57,171 nucleotides of DNA from positions 1 to 57,171 of the forward strand of contig CANRVH010000004.1 of assembly GCA_947643225.1 (NCBI GenBank), in the 5' to 3' direction. This DNA is from an uncultured Clostridia bacterium. Its GTDB lineage: Bacteria > Bacillota_I > Bacilli_A > RF39 > UBA660. Under the pieces are notes generated by a model. The model made no database searches and was not told where the DNA came from. It saw nothing but the letters and a program-made list of their open reading frames with translations. Position 1 is the stretch's first letter. Every line of letters starts with the position of its first letter. Both the position numbers and the translations under genes were made by a program. Positions 44,118 through 54,220 of this stretch are shown in pieces.

Positions 44118-45380
44118 ATGGAATATTTAAAGAAAAATTTAGGATCATACAATTTACATCTCATTAAAAATGAAAAATTTAAATCAATAATGATAAAAGT
44201 TTATTTTAGAGAACCAATTAGGAAAGAAAAAATTACTATTCGAAATTTTTTAACAACAATGTTAACTTTTTCTACTAAAAAATATCCAACAAAAAGAGAA
44301 ATGTTTTTGAAAACACAGGATTTATATTCTTGTAATATTTCTAGTAGTGATTCTAGACTTGGAAATTATTTGAATACTTGTTTTAAATTATCTGTTTTAA
44401 AGGATAATTATACAGAAGAAGGAAACTTAGAAAAGGCAATAGAGTTTTTAAGTGAAATCATTTTTATGCCAAATATTGAGAAAAATAAGTTTGATGAGCA
44501 GTCGTTTGATATTGTTATGAATCAGGCTTGTCTTTCCTTAAGTAGTATTAAGGAAAATGCATCTAGTTATAGTTTAATTCGTATGTTAGAAAATATGGAT
44601 CCTGATTCTCCTATTTCTTATCGTTCATTTGGCTATTTGGAAGATTTAAAAAATATTACAAGAGAAAATTTATATGAATATTATCAGTCAATGTTAAAAA
44701 ATGATGATGTAGATATTTTTGTAATTGGCGATATTGACTTTGAAGAAATTGATCCATTAATTAGAAAGTACTTTAAACAAAAAACATTTAAAAAAACAAG
44801 TACTAACTTTTTAGTATCGGCTAAAAAAGCTTCCTTAAAGAAGAAAGTGATAACAGAGGAGAATGATTCTACTCAATCAAAATTGGCAATTGGTTGTAGA
44901 GTTAGTAATATAAGTGATTATGAAAGAAATTATCCATTAACACTTTACAATATTATACTAGGTGGAGGGACAGACTCTAAATTATTTAAAGAAGTAAGAG
45001 AAAGAAATTCATTATGTTATTATATTGGAAGTACAGCTAATAAACTTGATCATATCTTATTAATTCGGGCGGGTATTTCAAGAGAAGATTTTAAAAAATC
45101 GGTTAAATTAATTGAAAAACAAATGAAAGAGATCGCTAGAGGAAATTTCTCGGATGAAGAGTTGGAACATGCTAAGGAGTTATATCAGACAGCAATTGAT
45201 GAGATAGGAGAAAGTCAAGCTGAAATTATTTCTTCTTATTATATGATTGAATTACTTGGAGTAGATGATCTAGAAACAAAAGCAGAGAAAATGAAAAAGG
45301 TGCTAAAAAAAGAAATTGTTAAGGTAGCGAAAAAAGTAAAAATAGATACCGTATATATGTTAGAGGGTGTAGAAGAATGA
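44118..45380 (+). CDS. M16-family peptidase-like protein, catalytically degenerate subunit
   Basis: ATG 44118 follows GAGGGAGGG. It has an insulinase-fold length and pattern, but the HxxEH position reads RNFLTTM. It is paired with an active partner downstream, as in ymfF/ymfH-type pairs. Confidence 0.7.
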   Translation: MEYLKKNLGSYNLHLIKNEKFKSIMIKVYFREPIRKEKITIRNFLTTMLTFSTKKYPTKREMFLKTQDLYSCNISSSDSRLGNYLNTCFKLSVLKDNYTEEGNLEKAIEFLSEIIFMPNIEKNKFDEQSFDIVMNQACLSLSSIKENASSYSLIRMLENMDPDSPISYRSFGYLEDLKNITRENLYEYYQSMLKNDDVDIFVIGDIDFEEIDPLIRKYFKQKTFKKTSTNFLVSAKKASLKKKVITEENDSTQSKLAIGCRVSNISDYERNYPLTLYNIILGGGTDSKLFKEVRERNSLCYYIGSTANKLDHILLIRAGISREDFKKSVKLIEKQMKEIARGNFSDEELEHAKELYQTAIDEIGESQAEIISSYYMIELLGVDDLETKAEKMKKVLKKEIVKVAKKVKIDTVYMLEGVEE

Positions 45381-46681
45381 TGAAAAAAATTGATTTTTCT
45401 AAAGAATTAGAATTAGAGGGGTATTATGAAAAATTAGCTAACGGTTTAGAAGTTTATTTAATCCCTATGGAAAATAAAGATAAATACTTTTTGACGTATG
45501 CTACTAAATTTGGATCAACAATAACTTCATTTATACCAGGAGATGCTAAAAAGGAAGTAACTGTACCAGATGGTATTGCACACTTTTTAGAGCATAAAAT
45601 GTTTGAGCAAGAAAGTGGAGAAGATCCTTTTACCTTCTTTTCTAAAAGTGGAACAGATGCTAATGCTTCTACTTATTATGAAGGAACAAGATATATTGCA
45701 TCAGGAACAAAAAACTATGAAGAAAATCTTCGTTATTTAATTAATTATGTTAATAGCCCTTACTTTACAGATGAAAATGTGGAAAAGGAAAAAGGAATTA
45801 TTGCACAGGAAATTAATATGTATAAGGATCAAGCTGAATATGCAATTGAAAATACATTAAGAAAAAATACATATCATAAGGATCATCATAGAATAGATAT
45901 AGCAGGTGAAGTGAAGGATATCCAAAAAATAACAAAGGAGCAGTTATATCTATGTTACAATAATTTTTATCAACCTAGAAATATGTTTTTATTGGTAGTT
46001 GGAAAATTTGATGTAGAAAAAACAAAACAAATTATAGATGAATTACTTCGACCATTAGAAAATAAGACAGAAACGATTCCTATAGTAAAAGAGATAAAAG
46101 AACCTTTAGCAGTTAAGAAGAAAGAAGAAACTGTTCCATTTAATATTACTGTTCCTAAAATTATGATTTCTATAAAAACACCTACTAGTAACTTTAAAAT
46201 AGAGGAGGAAATTAAACTAAATCTCTATATCTATATAATTATGAGTACTGCCTTTGGTAATGGTTCTCTTTTTAAAGAAAGAGTAATGAATCAAAATTTA
46301 ATGACAAAGTTTTATACAGATTGTGAGGATATTCCGCGTTATAAGACAATCTATTTATATGCAGAAAGTTCTAATCCTGATGAATTACTTGAAGAAATAT
46401 ATAAAGAGTTTGATCAAATACAAGTTACTGAGGAAGACTTAAATCGCTTTAAGAAAGTATTGATTGCTCAAGAAATTAAACAAGCTGATTATGTAGATGG
46501 AGTGACAATTAGTATTACTAATGACATCATTAAATATAATCAATTGCATCAGGATCCAATAGGTCTTTATAAAAGTTTGACGATTGAAGAATTAAATCAG
46601 GTATTAAGTGCAATAGAGTTTAAAAATAGAGCTTTAGTTACTTATATACCAAAAAATATGAATAAAAAATCTAACGAATAA
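45377..46681 (+). CDS. M16-family zinc peptidase (active-site HxxEH present)
   Basis: The inverted zinc motif is present in GIAHFLEHKMFE. The start overlaps the upstream TGA. Confidence 0.8.
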   Translation: MMKKIDFSKELELEGYYEKLANGLEVYLIPMENKDKYFLTYATKFGSTITSFIPGDAKKEVTVPDGIAHFLEHKMFEQESGEDPFTFFSKSGTDANASTYYEGTRYIASGTKNYEENLRYLINYVNSPYFTDENVEKEKGIIAQEINMYKDQAEYAIENTLRKNTYHKDHHRIDIAGEVKDIQKITKEQLYLCYNNFYQPRNMFLLVVGKFDVEKTKQIIDELLRPLENKTETIPIVKEIKEPLAVKKKEETVPFNITVPKIMISIKTPTSNFKIEEEIKLNLYIYIIMSTAFGNGSLFKERVMNQNLMTKFYTDCEDIPRYKTIYLYAESSNPDELLEEIYKEFDQIQVTEEDLNRFKKVLIAQEIKQADYVDGVTISITNDIIKYNQLHQDPIGLYKSLTIEELNQVLSAIEFKNRALVTYIPKNMNKKSNE

Positions 46682-46842
46682 GGATAAATTTAAAATAAAG
46701 AAATAGGTAATTCTATTTTTTTTTAGTTTTAAATTTATAATTTATTTTTCAAAAGGTCAATTTTTTATGGATTTAATTATATATGTATTGATTGTACTAT
46801 TTATTTGTATTATAATCAATATAATAAGGAAGTGAAGTATAA

Positions 46843-48582
46843 ATGAAAGGGCTTGGGATAAAAGAATCTTTTATCTATATGAAAAAAGCATATAGATATA
46901 TGGAAGATAATAAAAAGTTATTTATTATATATGTTGTTTTGAGTATTTTAATTGGTATTATTGGAGCGATTGTTCCTCTTATATCAGCACAGGTTGTAAT
47001 TAAAATGCAGTCTGAATTGTGGTATCAACTTATTGCTATAGCTTTATTTTTTGTAATTATGAAGATGCTTTCTAGTTTTGTTGGCTATCTTTCTAGTAGA
47101 GTTTCAAGGGTATTTTATAGAGAAACTTATTTAAATTTGCAAGTTGAGGTAGCAAGAAGTATTATTGATTTAGAAACAATAGAGATAGATAAAAATTCAT
47201 CTGGAGTATTTATTGATCGATTAAGTCAAGATACATCAAATATTGCAGAAGTTTTTAGAACAATTTTTAAAAGATTAAATATAATTATTACTAATGTTGG
47301 AATCCTTTTTGCTGTATTTGCAATTAACAAAATTATTTTTTGTTATTTTGCTATTGTTCTATTTATTATGTTTAATTTTGAAAGAATGTATTTAATTAGA
47401 CATTTTGAAAGACAAAAATATTTTAAAAAAGTAAAAGAAGCAAATACTGGATTAGTTTCTGAGCTTGTTCGTGGTATTAGAGATATTAAGGTTCTAAATT
47501 GCTATTCTGATTTTGAAAATAAGATTTATAAAAAATTAAAAAAGGCAAATAAGATTCAATATCAAATGTCTGAAATTACTAAACGATATGAGTTATTACG
47601 AGAATTTTTAAAAAATGTCTTTAATTATATCTTTATTTTAATTGGTATATATTTAGTATTTGAAGGGAATTTACTTGCATCTAGTTTTGTTATTCTTTTT
47701 ATGTACAGTGATAAAATTTTTGATTTTTTAGTTACAGTTATTGATTTATTAGAGGTGTTAAAGGATTTTAATTTGTCTGCTGAAAGAGTATTTGAAATTA
47801 TAGATGGAAAATATAAGAAGGAAAAATTTGGTGATCAGGTTGTAGAAAAATTAAATGGTGATTTTACCTTTGAAAATGTTGATTTTGGATATAGAAAAGA
47901 TGTTATGGTTATAAAAAATATGAATTTAGAAGTACCAGCTTTTAAGACTACAGCTATAGTAGGAGAAAGTGGTGCAGGAAAAACTTCTGTTTTTAACATG
48001 ATTACAAAACTATATAGAATAAGTAATGGTAAAATTATGATTGATGGTATAAATATTAATGATCTTACGGAGGAGAGTTTGAGAGGAAATATTTCTTTAA
48101 TTACTCAAAATCCATATATTTTTAATTTTTCGGTTAAGGAAAATTTTCAAATTGTGAAAAAGAATGTAACCATGAAAGAGATAGAAGAAGTTTGTAAAAA
48201 AGCCTGTATTCATGATTATATTATGTCTCTTCCAGAGAAGTATGATACTCAATTAGGTGAAGGTGGTGTAACTTTATCTGGTGGTCAAAGACAAAGAATT
48301 GCTATTGCTAGGGCTTTGCTTACAGATACGAAAATAATTCTATTTGATGAAGCAACTTCAGCTCTTGATAATGAAACACAACAAAATATCACAAAGGCAA
48401 TAAATAATTTACAGGGAAATTATACAATCATTATTATCGCTCATAGATTATCTACAATAAAAGAAAGTGATCAAATTGTAGTAATGAAGGCTGGTAGAGT
48501 AGTGGGAGTTGATACTCATAAAAATCTTCTTAAGAGTAATCAATATTATCAAAAATTATATGCTAATGATATGAAAAGGTAA
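46843..48582 (+). CDS. ABC exporter, fused permease/ATPase (MsbA/ABCB type)
   Basis: 6-TM N-domain, Walker A GESGAGKTS, signature LSGGQRQRIAIARAL and Walker B ILFDEATSALD. Confidence 0.9.
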   Translation: MKGLGIKESFIYMKKAYRYMEDNKKLFIIYVVLSILIGIIGAIVPLISAQVVIKMQSELWYQLIAIALFFVIMKMLSSFVGYLSSRVSRVFYRETYLNLQVEVARSIIDLETIEIDKNSSGVFIDRLSQDTSNIAEVFRTIFKRLNIIITNVGILFAVFAINKIIFCYFAIVLFIMFNFERMYLIRHFERQKYFKKVKEANTGLVSELVRGIRDIKVLNCYSDFENKIYKKLKKANKIQYQMSEITKRYELLREFLKNVFNYIFILIGIYLVFEGNLLASSFVILFMYSDKIFDFLVTVIDLLEVLKDFNLSAERVFEIIDGKYKKEKFGDQVVEKLNGDFTFENVDFGYRKDVMVIKNMNLEVPAFKTTAIVGESGAGKTSVFNMITKLYRISNGKIMIDGININDLTEESLRGNISLITQNPYIFNFSVKENFQIVKKNVTMKEIEEVCKKACIHDYIMSLPEKYDTQLGEGGVTLSGGQRQRIAIARALLTDTKIILFDEATSALDNETQQNITKAINNLQGNYTIIIIAHRLSTIKESDQIVVMKAGRVVGVDTHKNLLKSNQYYQKLYANDMKR

Positions 48583-48639
48583 TAAATTATCTTTTTCTTT
48601 TTTTCTAAAGATGATAAAATAATACTAGGATGTGATGGT

Positions 48640-49737
48640 ATGAATTCTATGTTAATGACAGAAGAGGTAAAACGAAAAAAAAATTTTAAAGGTCTATTCT
48701 TTATTCTTTTTATTATTATGATTATTGGAATCATTGTTTTCTTAATTTATACAGGTATAATCAATAAAAAGAAGGAACAAGAAAGGAAGAAAAAAGAAAG
48801 GGAGATTACCTCTTTAAATAGTGAGTTACAAGATATATATGGATTTGCTATATCTAATAATTATATAACTGCCTTAAAAAAAGATGGTTCTATTTTCTAT
48901 ATTTATAATTTATTGCAGGGAACAGGAAATTTAGGAGATTTTACTTATTATACTTATCATAATGATCAATTATATCTTTTATTTAGTGATCAAAATTTAT
49001 ATACAATCTCTTTAAAAGAGGGGAATGGAGTATATGAATTGGTTAAAAAAAATACTTTGGAACCAATAAACTGTCTAAATGGTAGTGTTGGAAAAACTAG
49101 TGATATTGCTTTTGATCAGGCTACTGTGTATTTAAATACTTCTTCATGTGGAATAAATAGACTAAGATATGATCGAAAAAATAAAAAACAGGACATAGAA
49201 ACATTGAAGATATTTAATCAGGCAGGAATTGATTTTGAGTATTCAAAGACAGATCAATCTCTATATGTGAAAGCTGATCAGGCGATTCATCAGTTTAATA
49301 TGAAAACAAAAGAAATTACTACTATTGCTAATTCAATTAATTCTAATGTTCCTTTAAAACTAAAATCTAATATTTTGATTTATTCTAATACAAATGGCAA
49401 TACAACAACTTATTATGGATATAATATAAAAACAAAGCAAAGTAGTAAAATCGCTGAAAATGTTTCAGATTTAATATTATATCAGTCTTCTTTTATTTAT
49501 AGAAGTCATGATACGATTTATCAGTTAGTTAAAGATAAAAGTAAGGTCATCTATCAGGCTCACTACAATCAGTTAAATAATATGCAATTAATTAATAAAG
49601 ATACACTTCAAGTGATTGACTTTGATTCTGATGATTTAGAAAAGAGGAGAATCATTAATATTGATCTTTCTTCTAAAAAATATGAAATAACTCAAAATAT
49701 GAATGAATTTTCTAGTATAGTGGAGTATACAAAATAA
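48640..49737 (+). CDS. N-terminally anchored extracytoplasmic protein, beta-rich, unknown function
   Basis: One TM (LFFILFIIMIIGIIVFLIY), a K/E-rich linker, and about 290 aa with repeated aromatic/Asn-rich strands. The start is ambiguous. Confidence 0.5.
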   Translation: MNSMLMTEEVKRKKNFKGLFFILFIIMIIGIIVFLIYTGIINKKKEQERKKKEREITSLNSELQDIYGFAISNNYITALKKDGSIFYIYNLLQGTGNLGDFTYYTYHNDQLYLLFSDQNLYTISLKEGNGVYELVKKNTLEPINCLNGSVGKTSDIAFDQATVYLNTSSCGINRLRYDRKNKKQDIETLKIFNQAGIDFEYSKTDQSLYVKADQAIHQFNMKTKEITTIANSINSNVPLKLKSNILIYSNTNGNTTTYYGYNIKTKQSSKIAENVSDLILYQSSFIYRSHDTIYQLVKDKSKVIYQAHYNQLNNMQLINKDTLQVIDFDSDDLEKRRIINIDLSSKKYEITQNMNEFSSIVEYTK

Positions 49738-50444
49738 TGGAATACCCTAATAGATGGACAGAAGAAGAATATCAGCGGTTTAAAGAATATTTAAAAGAGA
49801 ATGTTGACTTGGGTTATCAAAAGTTTTCTCAAAAATTGATTTTTACTAATTATCTTATTTTAGGGATACGAGTACCAATTTTAAAAAAGATAGCTAAGGA
49901 AATATTTAAAACTGATTGGGAATCTTTTTTAGCAATAAAGAATAAGGATAGTTATGAAGAATTGTTATTGGAATCATTTGTTATTTGTTCAATAAAGGAT
50001 TTTACTGTTGCTAAGAAATATTTTAATCAATATATTAAAAAAATAGATAATTGGGCTTTATGCGATTTAACTGTTGCTGCTTTTAAAATAATAAAAAAGA
50101 ATAAAGATTATTTTTTTTCTGAAGTAGAAAAATATATTTCTAGTAGAATGCCTTTTACAATAAGAGTAGGAGTAGTTATTTTAAATAGTTACTATGTTGA
50201 GGAAGAATATTTAAGTAAAATTTTTCAACAGATTGAGAGAATAAAAAGTAAAGATTATTATGTAAAAATGGCAGTATCTTGGTTACTTAGTACATGCTAT
50301 ATTAAATATCCAGAAAAAACTTTAACCTATTTAAAAGAAACATCTATAGATATTTTTACTTATAATAAAACGATTAGTAAAATATGTGATTCTCATCAGG
50401 TTGATGTTAGGCAAAAAAATAAATTAAAAAAACTCCGTAAATAA
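49737..50444 (+). CDS. DNA alkylation repair (AlkD-like HEAT-repeat) protein
   Basis: 235 aa with GIRVP.L+KIAKEI, W.LCD and typical all-helical repeats. The start overlaps the upstream stop (TAATG). Confidence 0.65.
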   Translation: MEYPNRWTEEEYQRFKEYLKENVDLGYQKFSQKLIFTNYLILGIRVPILKKIAKEIFKTDWESFLAIKNKDSYEELLLESFVICSIKDFTVAKKYFNQYIKKIDNWALCDLTVAAFKIIKKNKDYFFSEVEKYISSRMPFTIRVGVVILNSYYVEEEYLSKIFQQIERIKSKDYYVKMAVSWLLSTCYIKYPEKTLTYLKETSIDIFTYNKTISKICDSHQVDVRQKNKLKKLRK

Positions 50445-50448
50445 AAAG

Positions 50449-50478
50449 GAAGATCGTTCATTTTTAGATTAGATCTTC
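50449..50478. terminator. Bidirectional terminator between convergent genes
   Basis: GAAGATC (50449-50455) pairs with GATCTTC (50472-50478) around a 16-nt loop. It is flanked by A-rich and T-rich runs. Confidence 0.55.
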
Positions 50479-50480
50479 TT

Positions 50481-51347
50481 TTATTGATATAGTTCTTGTT
50501 TAATTAATTCCAAATTGTTTTCCATAATATGAATATAATTCTTTTTTTCTTCTCTTTCTTTATCTGTTAGATTATCTAATTTATGAAGATTTACTTCTTT
50601 TATATTCGTATATTTTTTTAATATATTTTCTGTATTATGACTTAGAGAATCTCCCTTAAAATTATAAATATAGCTAATGGCTCCACTAGTGATTAAGGTC
50701 TCTGCTTCATTAATTGTTTTATCACTTGCTTGATCATCTAAACAAATTACCGTAAGGCCGAATTTTTCTAAATATTTTAATTTTTGTTCATTGACTAAAA
50801 TAATTTTATTTTTTGTACCTTGAACAGTTAGGCGATAATTAGCATCTAATTCAGATAAAGTAACTTTCAATTTTTCATATGATTCTTTTATCTCTTTTTT
50901 TAAATAAGTACTAGTAACATATTCTTCTAATCCTAATTGAATATTTTTGGCAATCATTAATAGGGAAGAAGGGTTAAGCCAAAGTTCTTCTGGACTATAT
51001 TCTTCTTCTATAACATAAGAAGAATCAATAATTTTTAAGTTATTATTTAAATCAAGTAAATTAACAGCTAAATTTCTTTCTTTTTTTATTACACCAGTAT
51101 AGATAAATAATCCTTTTTGACTATAATCTTTTTTTTGTTTATTTGTAACTTTATATTCATCAATTAAGACTCCATCAGGGTATATCGATTCTATATTTGC
51201 ATGTTTTCCATATAATTCTGAAGTAATATACTCATTTGCATAATTAGTAACAATGATATCTATATTTTCCATATCATCTTGGCGACAACCTGTACATAAA
51301 AATAAAAATGCTATGCCTAAAACAAATAATCTTGTTAATTTTTTCAT
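50481..51347 (-). CDS. Lipoprotein with ZnuA/TroA-like solute-binding-protein pattern (metal-ligand positions degenerate)
   Basis: ATG 51347 (MKKLTRLFVLGIAFLFLCTGC) gives a lipobox L-C-T-G-C. The overall length and pattern (IVT.Y......S...G....I.S+.P.G.....Y, LWLNPS, two-lobe layout with a long helix) resemble cluster A-I SBPs, from memory. No ABC partner is adjacent. Confidence 0.4.
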   Translation of the reverse strand: MKKLTRLFVLGIAFLFLCTGCRQDDMENIDIIVTNYANEYITSELYGKHANIESIYPDGVLIDEYKVTNKQKKDYSQKGLFIYTGVIKKERNLAVNLLDLNNNLKIIDSSYVIEEEYSPEELWLNPSSLLMIAKNIQLGLEEYVTSTYLKKEIKESYEKLKVTLSELDANYRLTVQGTKNKIILVNEQKLKYLEKFGLTVICLDDQASDKTINEAETLITSGAISYIYNFKGDSLSHNTENILKKYTNIKEVNLHKLDNLTDKEREEKKNYIHIMENNLELIKQELYQ

Positions 51348-51348
51348 T

Positions 51349-51570
51349 TTATTCTCCCTTTTTACTTGGAACAGGATCATACCCAGATCCACCCCAAGGA
51401 TTACATCTAAAAATTCTTTTTGTTCCTAAAAATAAACCTCGAATTGTTCCATATTTATGAATAGCTATTTTCATATATTCAGAACAAGAAGGATTGTAAC
51501 GACATTTTTTATGAAATTCTCCAGGTATTTTTTGATAGAGATTGATTAGGTAGAGTATAATCTTTTTCAT
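51349..51570 (-). CDS. yidD: Membrane protein insertion efficiency factor YidD
   Basis: 73 aa with YQK.....CRYNPSCSEY...AI.KYG...G..LG.KRI.RCNPWGG.GYDPVP. Confidence 0.9.
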   Translation of the reverse strand: MKKIILYLINLYQKIPGEFHKKCRYNPSCSEYMKIAIHKYGTIRGLFLGTKRIFRCNPWGGSGYDPVPSKKGE

Positions 51571-51711
51571 ATCAATGCCTCCAATATTATTCTACTAAAA
51601 AAGTATAGTTCTTTCAAGAAATTTATTGTTCTTCTTTTATACAAAAGTTAATTATTTCTTGTGAAAATTATGTTATAGCATAGAAATTATGAATTAAAGT
51701 TAAATTTTATT

Positions 51712-53337
51712 TTACTTTTTTAATATTTTCTGATCATAATCTAATCTTTTTGGTGAAAAGATTATTCTATCTTTATATTTAACTATTTGATTACTAGAAA
51801 GACTAATCAATTCATCACAAAAATAGGCTTTTTCTAAAACTCCTACTGTAATTACTAATTCTTCATATTGATTAAAAAAATCTTCATTATTATAAATATA
51901 TCTTAAAATACTAAGATTATAATCAAAATTCATCTTGTTAGAAATATTGTCTTTCTTATTTTTATCATTAAATTTTGCATCCCTATATTTAAAGAACCAC
52001 TTAAAAACGTATTCAGAATCAAAAGTGTACTCTATTTGACTTTCATTTTTAAATTTTTCTATTTCACGATCTAAACAATTGATAAATACTTTAGCATCAC
52101 TTTTTGTTCCTATAATTTTTTCTAAGGCTTCATAAATAATATGTATATCTGATTTTGTATAGGCCTTTAATACAACATCACTTCCTACTAAATCACATAG
52201 TAATTTAATAGTAGTGATTTCGGGAATGTAAATATGCATATCAAAATAATTATGTACTCCTGTATATATTGAATAAGGATCATCATCAAGATATTCTCTA
52301 TTTAGTAGTTCTGTTACTCCTTCTTGAAGGAAAGTAGGAATAGCCTTGATATTAAATAAGGCATGAATATTTTCATGATGTCGAATGTGTTCTTGAATTT
52401 TTTGATCTTTACAAAAATCTTCAATTAATAATTTATCAGGTAGGAATTGTGCTAGAACTTTTGGATTGTCTTGTTCTGCTTTTTCTCTAAATAAATATTT
52501 TAATTTACTTAATGTCTGATAACTTTTATTTTTATCGAGATAAGGATTTTCTTCAATAATAGTAATTAAATCATAAAATGTTTCTTTAATATGATCATCT
52601 AACAACTCATTTTCATAGATAGAGTTTAATAAGTAATAATTATTTATATTACTATCTTCAAGGCTAGATTCTGGGATTTTTCCTGTTAATTCTGTTTTAA
52701 GGTTATTTTTTATATGATTGATTTCTTCAGTAGAAAAAACTAATTGATTGTCTTTATATGGTCCATGAGATTGAAAAGAATTGCTAGTATAGGATGCTAT
52801 TGAAATACTTCCTAAAATTAATCCTAATTCTAAAAGTGTTCTGACTTTTTGATTTTTTTTGGTTTTAATGTACATTTTATAATCATCAATTTGATTGACA
52901 ATATGATATAAATGATTGGCTTTACAAATAATATCAATAGTCAAGCTTTCAAGTTCAAGTGAGTTATCTTCATGATCTTTTTCAACTAATAAATATTCTA
53001 ACTGGTCAATAAGTGTTTGGCAGGATACTTTTAGTGAGGCAACATAATCATTGAAAATTTGTAATGATTTTGAGTCAAGTTCATATTGTTTATTTAAAAT
53101 TAAATTTTTCATTTTTATATTTTCTTCTTCTATATATAAACATATTTCTTCTTCAATAAGAGAAATATCACAATTTTTAACAAAATTTTTTATTTCGTTA
53201 TAGGATAATAGTAATTTTAATTCATCATCATTTGTTCTATATAGTTTGATTGATTTCTTTTGATTTTTAAGTTTAATGTACTTTATTATTTGTTGATAGG
53301 GTAAAGTAGTTGAAGTACTTCTTTTTTTCTTAATCAT
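51712..53337 (-). CDS. Single-pass membrane protein with an extracytoplasmic HExxH (putative zinc metalloprotease) domain
   Basis: 541 aa with an N-terminal helical region of about 165 aa and a TM segment LLELGLILGSISIASY (aa about 168-183). HENIH lies at nt 52363-52377 (aa 321-325), followed by QEGVTE 14 residues later. Confidence 0.45.
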   Translation of the reverse strand: MIKKKRSTSTTLPYQQIIKYIKLKNQKKSIKLYRTNDDELKLLLSYNEIKNFVKNCDISLIEEEICLYIEEENIKMKNLILNKQYELDSKSLQIFNDYVASLKVSCQTLIDQLEYLLVEKDHEDNSLELESLTIDIICKANHLYHIVNQIDDYKMYIKTKKNQKVRTLLELGLILGSISIASYTSNSFQSHGPYKDNQLVFSTEEINHIKNNLKTELTGKIPESSLEDSNINNYYLLNSIYENELLDDHIKETFYDLITIIEENPYLDKNKSYQTLSKLKYLFREKAEQDNPKVLAQFLPDKLLIEDFCKDQKIQEHIRHHENIHALFNIKAIPTFLQEGVTELLNREYLDDDPYSIYTGVHNYFDMHIYIPEITTIKLLCDLVGSDVVLKAYTKSDIHIIYEALEKIIGTKSDAKVFINCLDREIEKFKNESQIEYTFDSEYVFKWFFKYRDAKFNDKNKKDNISNKMNFDYNLSILRYIYNNEDFFNQYEELVITVGVLEKAYFCDELISLSSNQIVKYKDRIIFSPKRLDYDQKILKK

Positions 53338-53476
53338 TCCAATCCCTTCCTTTTAGTTGCTCTGTTATTTTAGCATATATATGTTAAATAGTAAAGGAAT
53401 TTATAGTTAGTAGGATAAAAACTATTATTATTTACTATTTTAGAAAAATGAACTATAATGTAATAGGTGATGAAGA

Positions 53477-54142
53477 GTGGATGAATTATTTAAGAAATTA
53501 GGAATTAAACCAAAGGATTTTTCTCTTTATGAAAGAGCTTTTTCCCATTCTAGTTATGCTAATGAGCATCATAAAAAACAAGATTATGAGCGGTTAGAAT
53601 TTTTGGGTGATGCTATTGTTGATTTGGTTGTAGCAGATTATTTATATGAAAATTTTACAGAAAATGAAGGCGAAATGACTAAAGTAAGAGCAAGCTATGT
53701 ATGTGAAAATGCTTTATATCAATACTCTATGGATTTAGGATTAAATCACTATATTAAATTAGGTCATGGAGAGGTAGATAAAGAAGATATTTTAAAAAAG
53801 GCAATTATTGCTGATATTTTTGAGGCTTTTATGGCAGCAATATATTTGGATTTGGGTTATGCAACAGCAAGAAGAGTAGTTTTGGCAATTATTGTTCCTT
53901 ATATAAAAAAGCATATTACTTTTTTTAGTGATTATAAATCAGCACTACAAGAAGCTGTTCAAACAGATAAAAAAAGTGTTCTTTATCATTTAGTTCATGA
54001 AGAGGGACCATCTCACAAGAAGGTTTTTACTGTTGAGGTTAGAATAGATGATATTATTTATGGAACAGGCATAGCAGGTTCTAAAAAAGAAGCTGAACAA
54101 AATGCGGCGAAAGCTGCACTAGACAAGTTAGCAACGAAATGA
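53477..54142 (+). CDS. rnc: Ribonuclease III
   Basis: GTG start. It has the signature ERLEFLGDA, a second acidic cluster (D.FEA...A.YLD) and a C-terminal dsRBD (GP.H.K.F...V......G.G.SKKEAEQ.AA..AL). Confidence 0.9.
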   Translation: MDELFKKLGIKPKDFSLYERAFSHSSYANEHHKKQDYERLEFLGDAIVDLVVADYLYENFTENEGEMTKVRASYVCENALYQYSMDLGLNHYIKLGHGEVDKEDILKKAIIADIFEAFMAAIYLDLGYATARRVVLAIIVPYIKKHITFFSDYKSALQEAVQTDKKSVLYHLVHEEGPSHKKVFTVEVRIDDIIYGTGIAGSKKEAEQNAAKAALDKLATK

Positions 54143-54220
54143 TATAATAAGGCAGATAATTTCTTCGAAAAAATAAAAAGTAATCCACAGATAGATCAAA
54201 AGAAAAAGAAAGGAAAAAAT

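Noticed and set aside
9834-51392. N-terminal extensions implied by the longest-ORF starts: 109, 4265, 8333, 9834, 10576, 11073, 13333, 15969, 19019, 21356, 34144, 35407, 37053, 44091 and 51392.
   Set aside because: The extensions overlap the upstream gene or a terminator and lack an SD. A downstream ATG preceded by a GGAGG-like sequence gives the family-typical N-terminus, so those starts were used instead.
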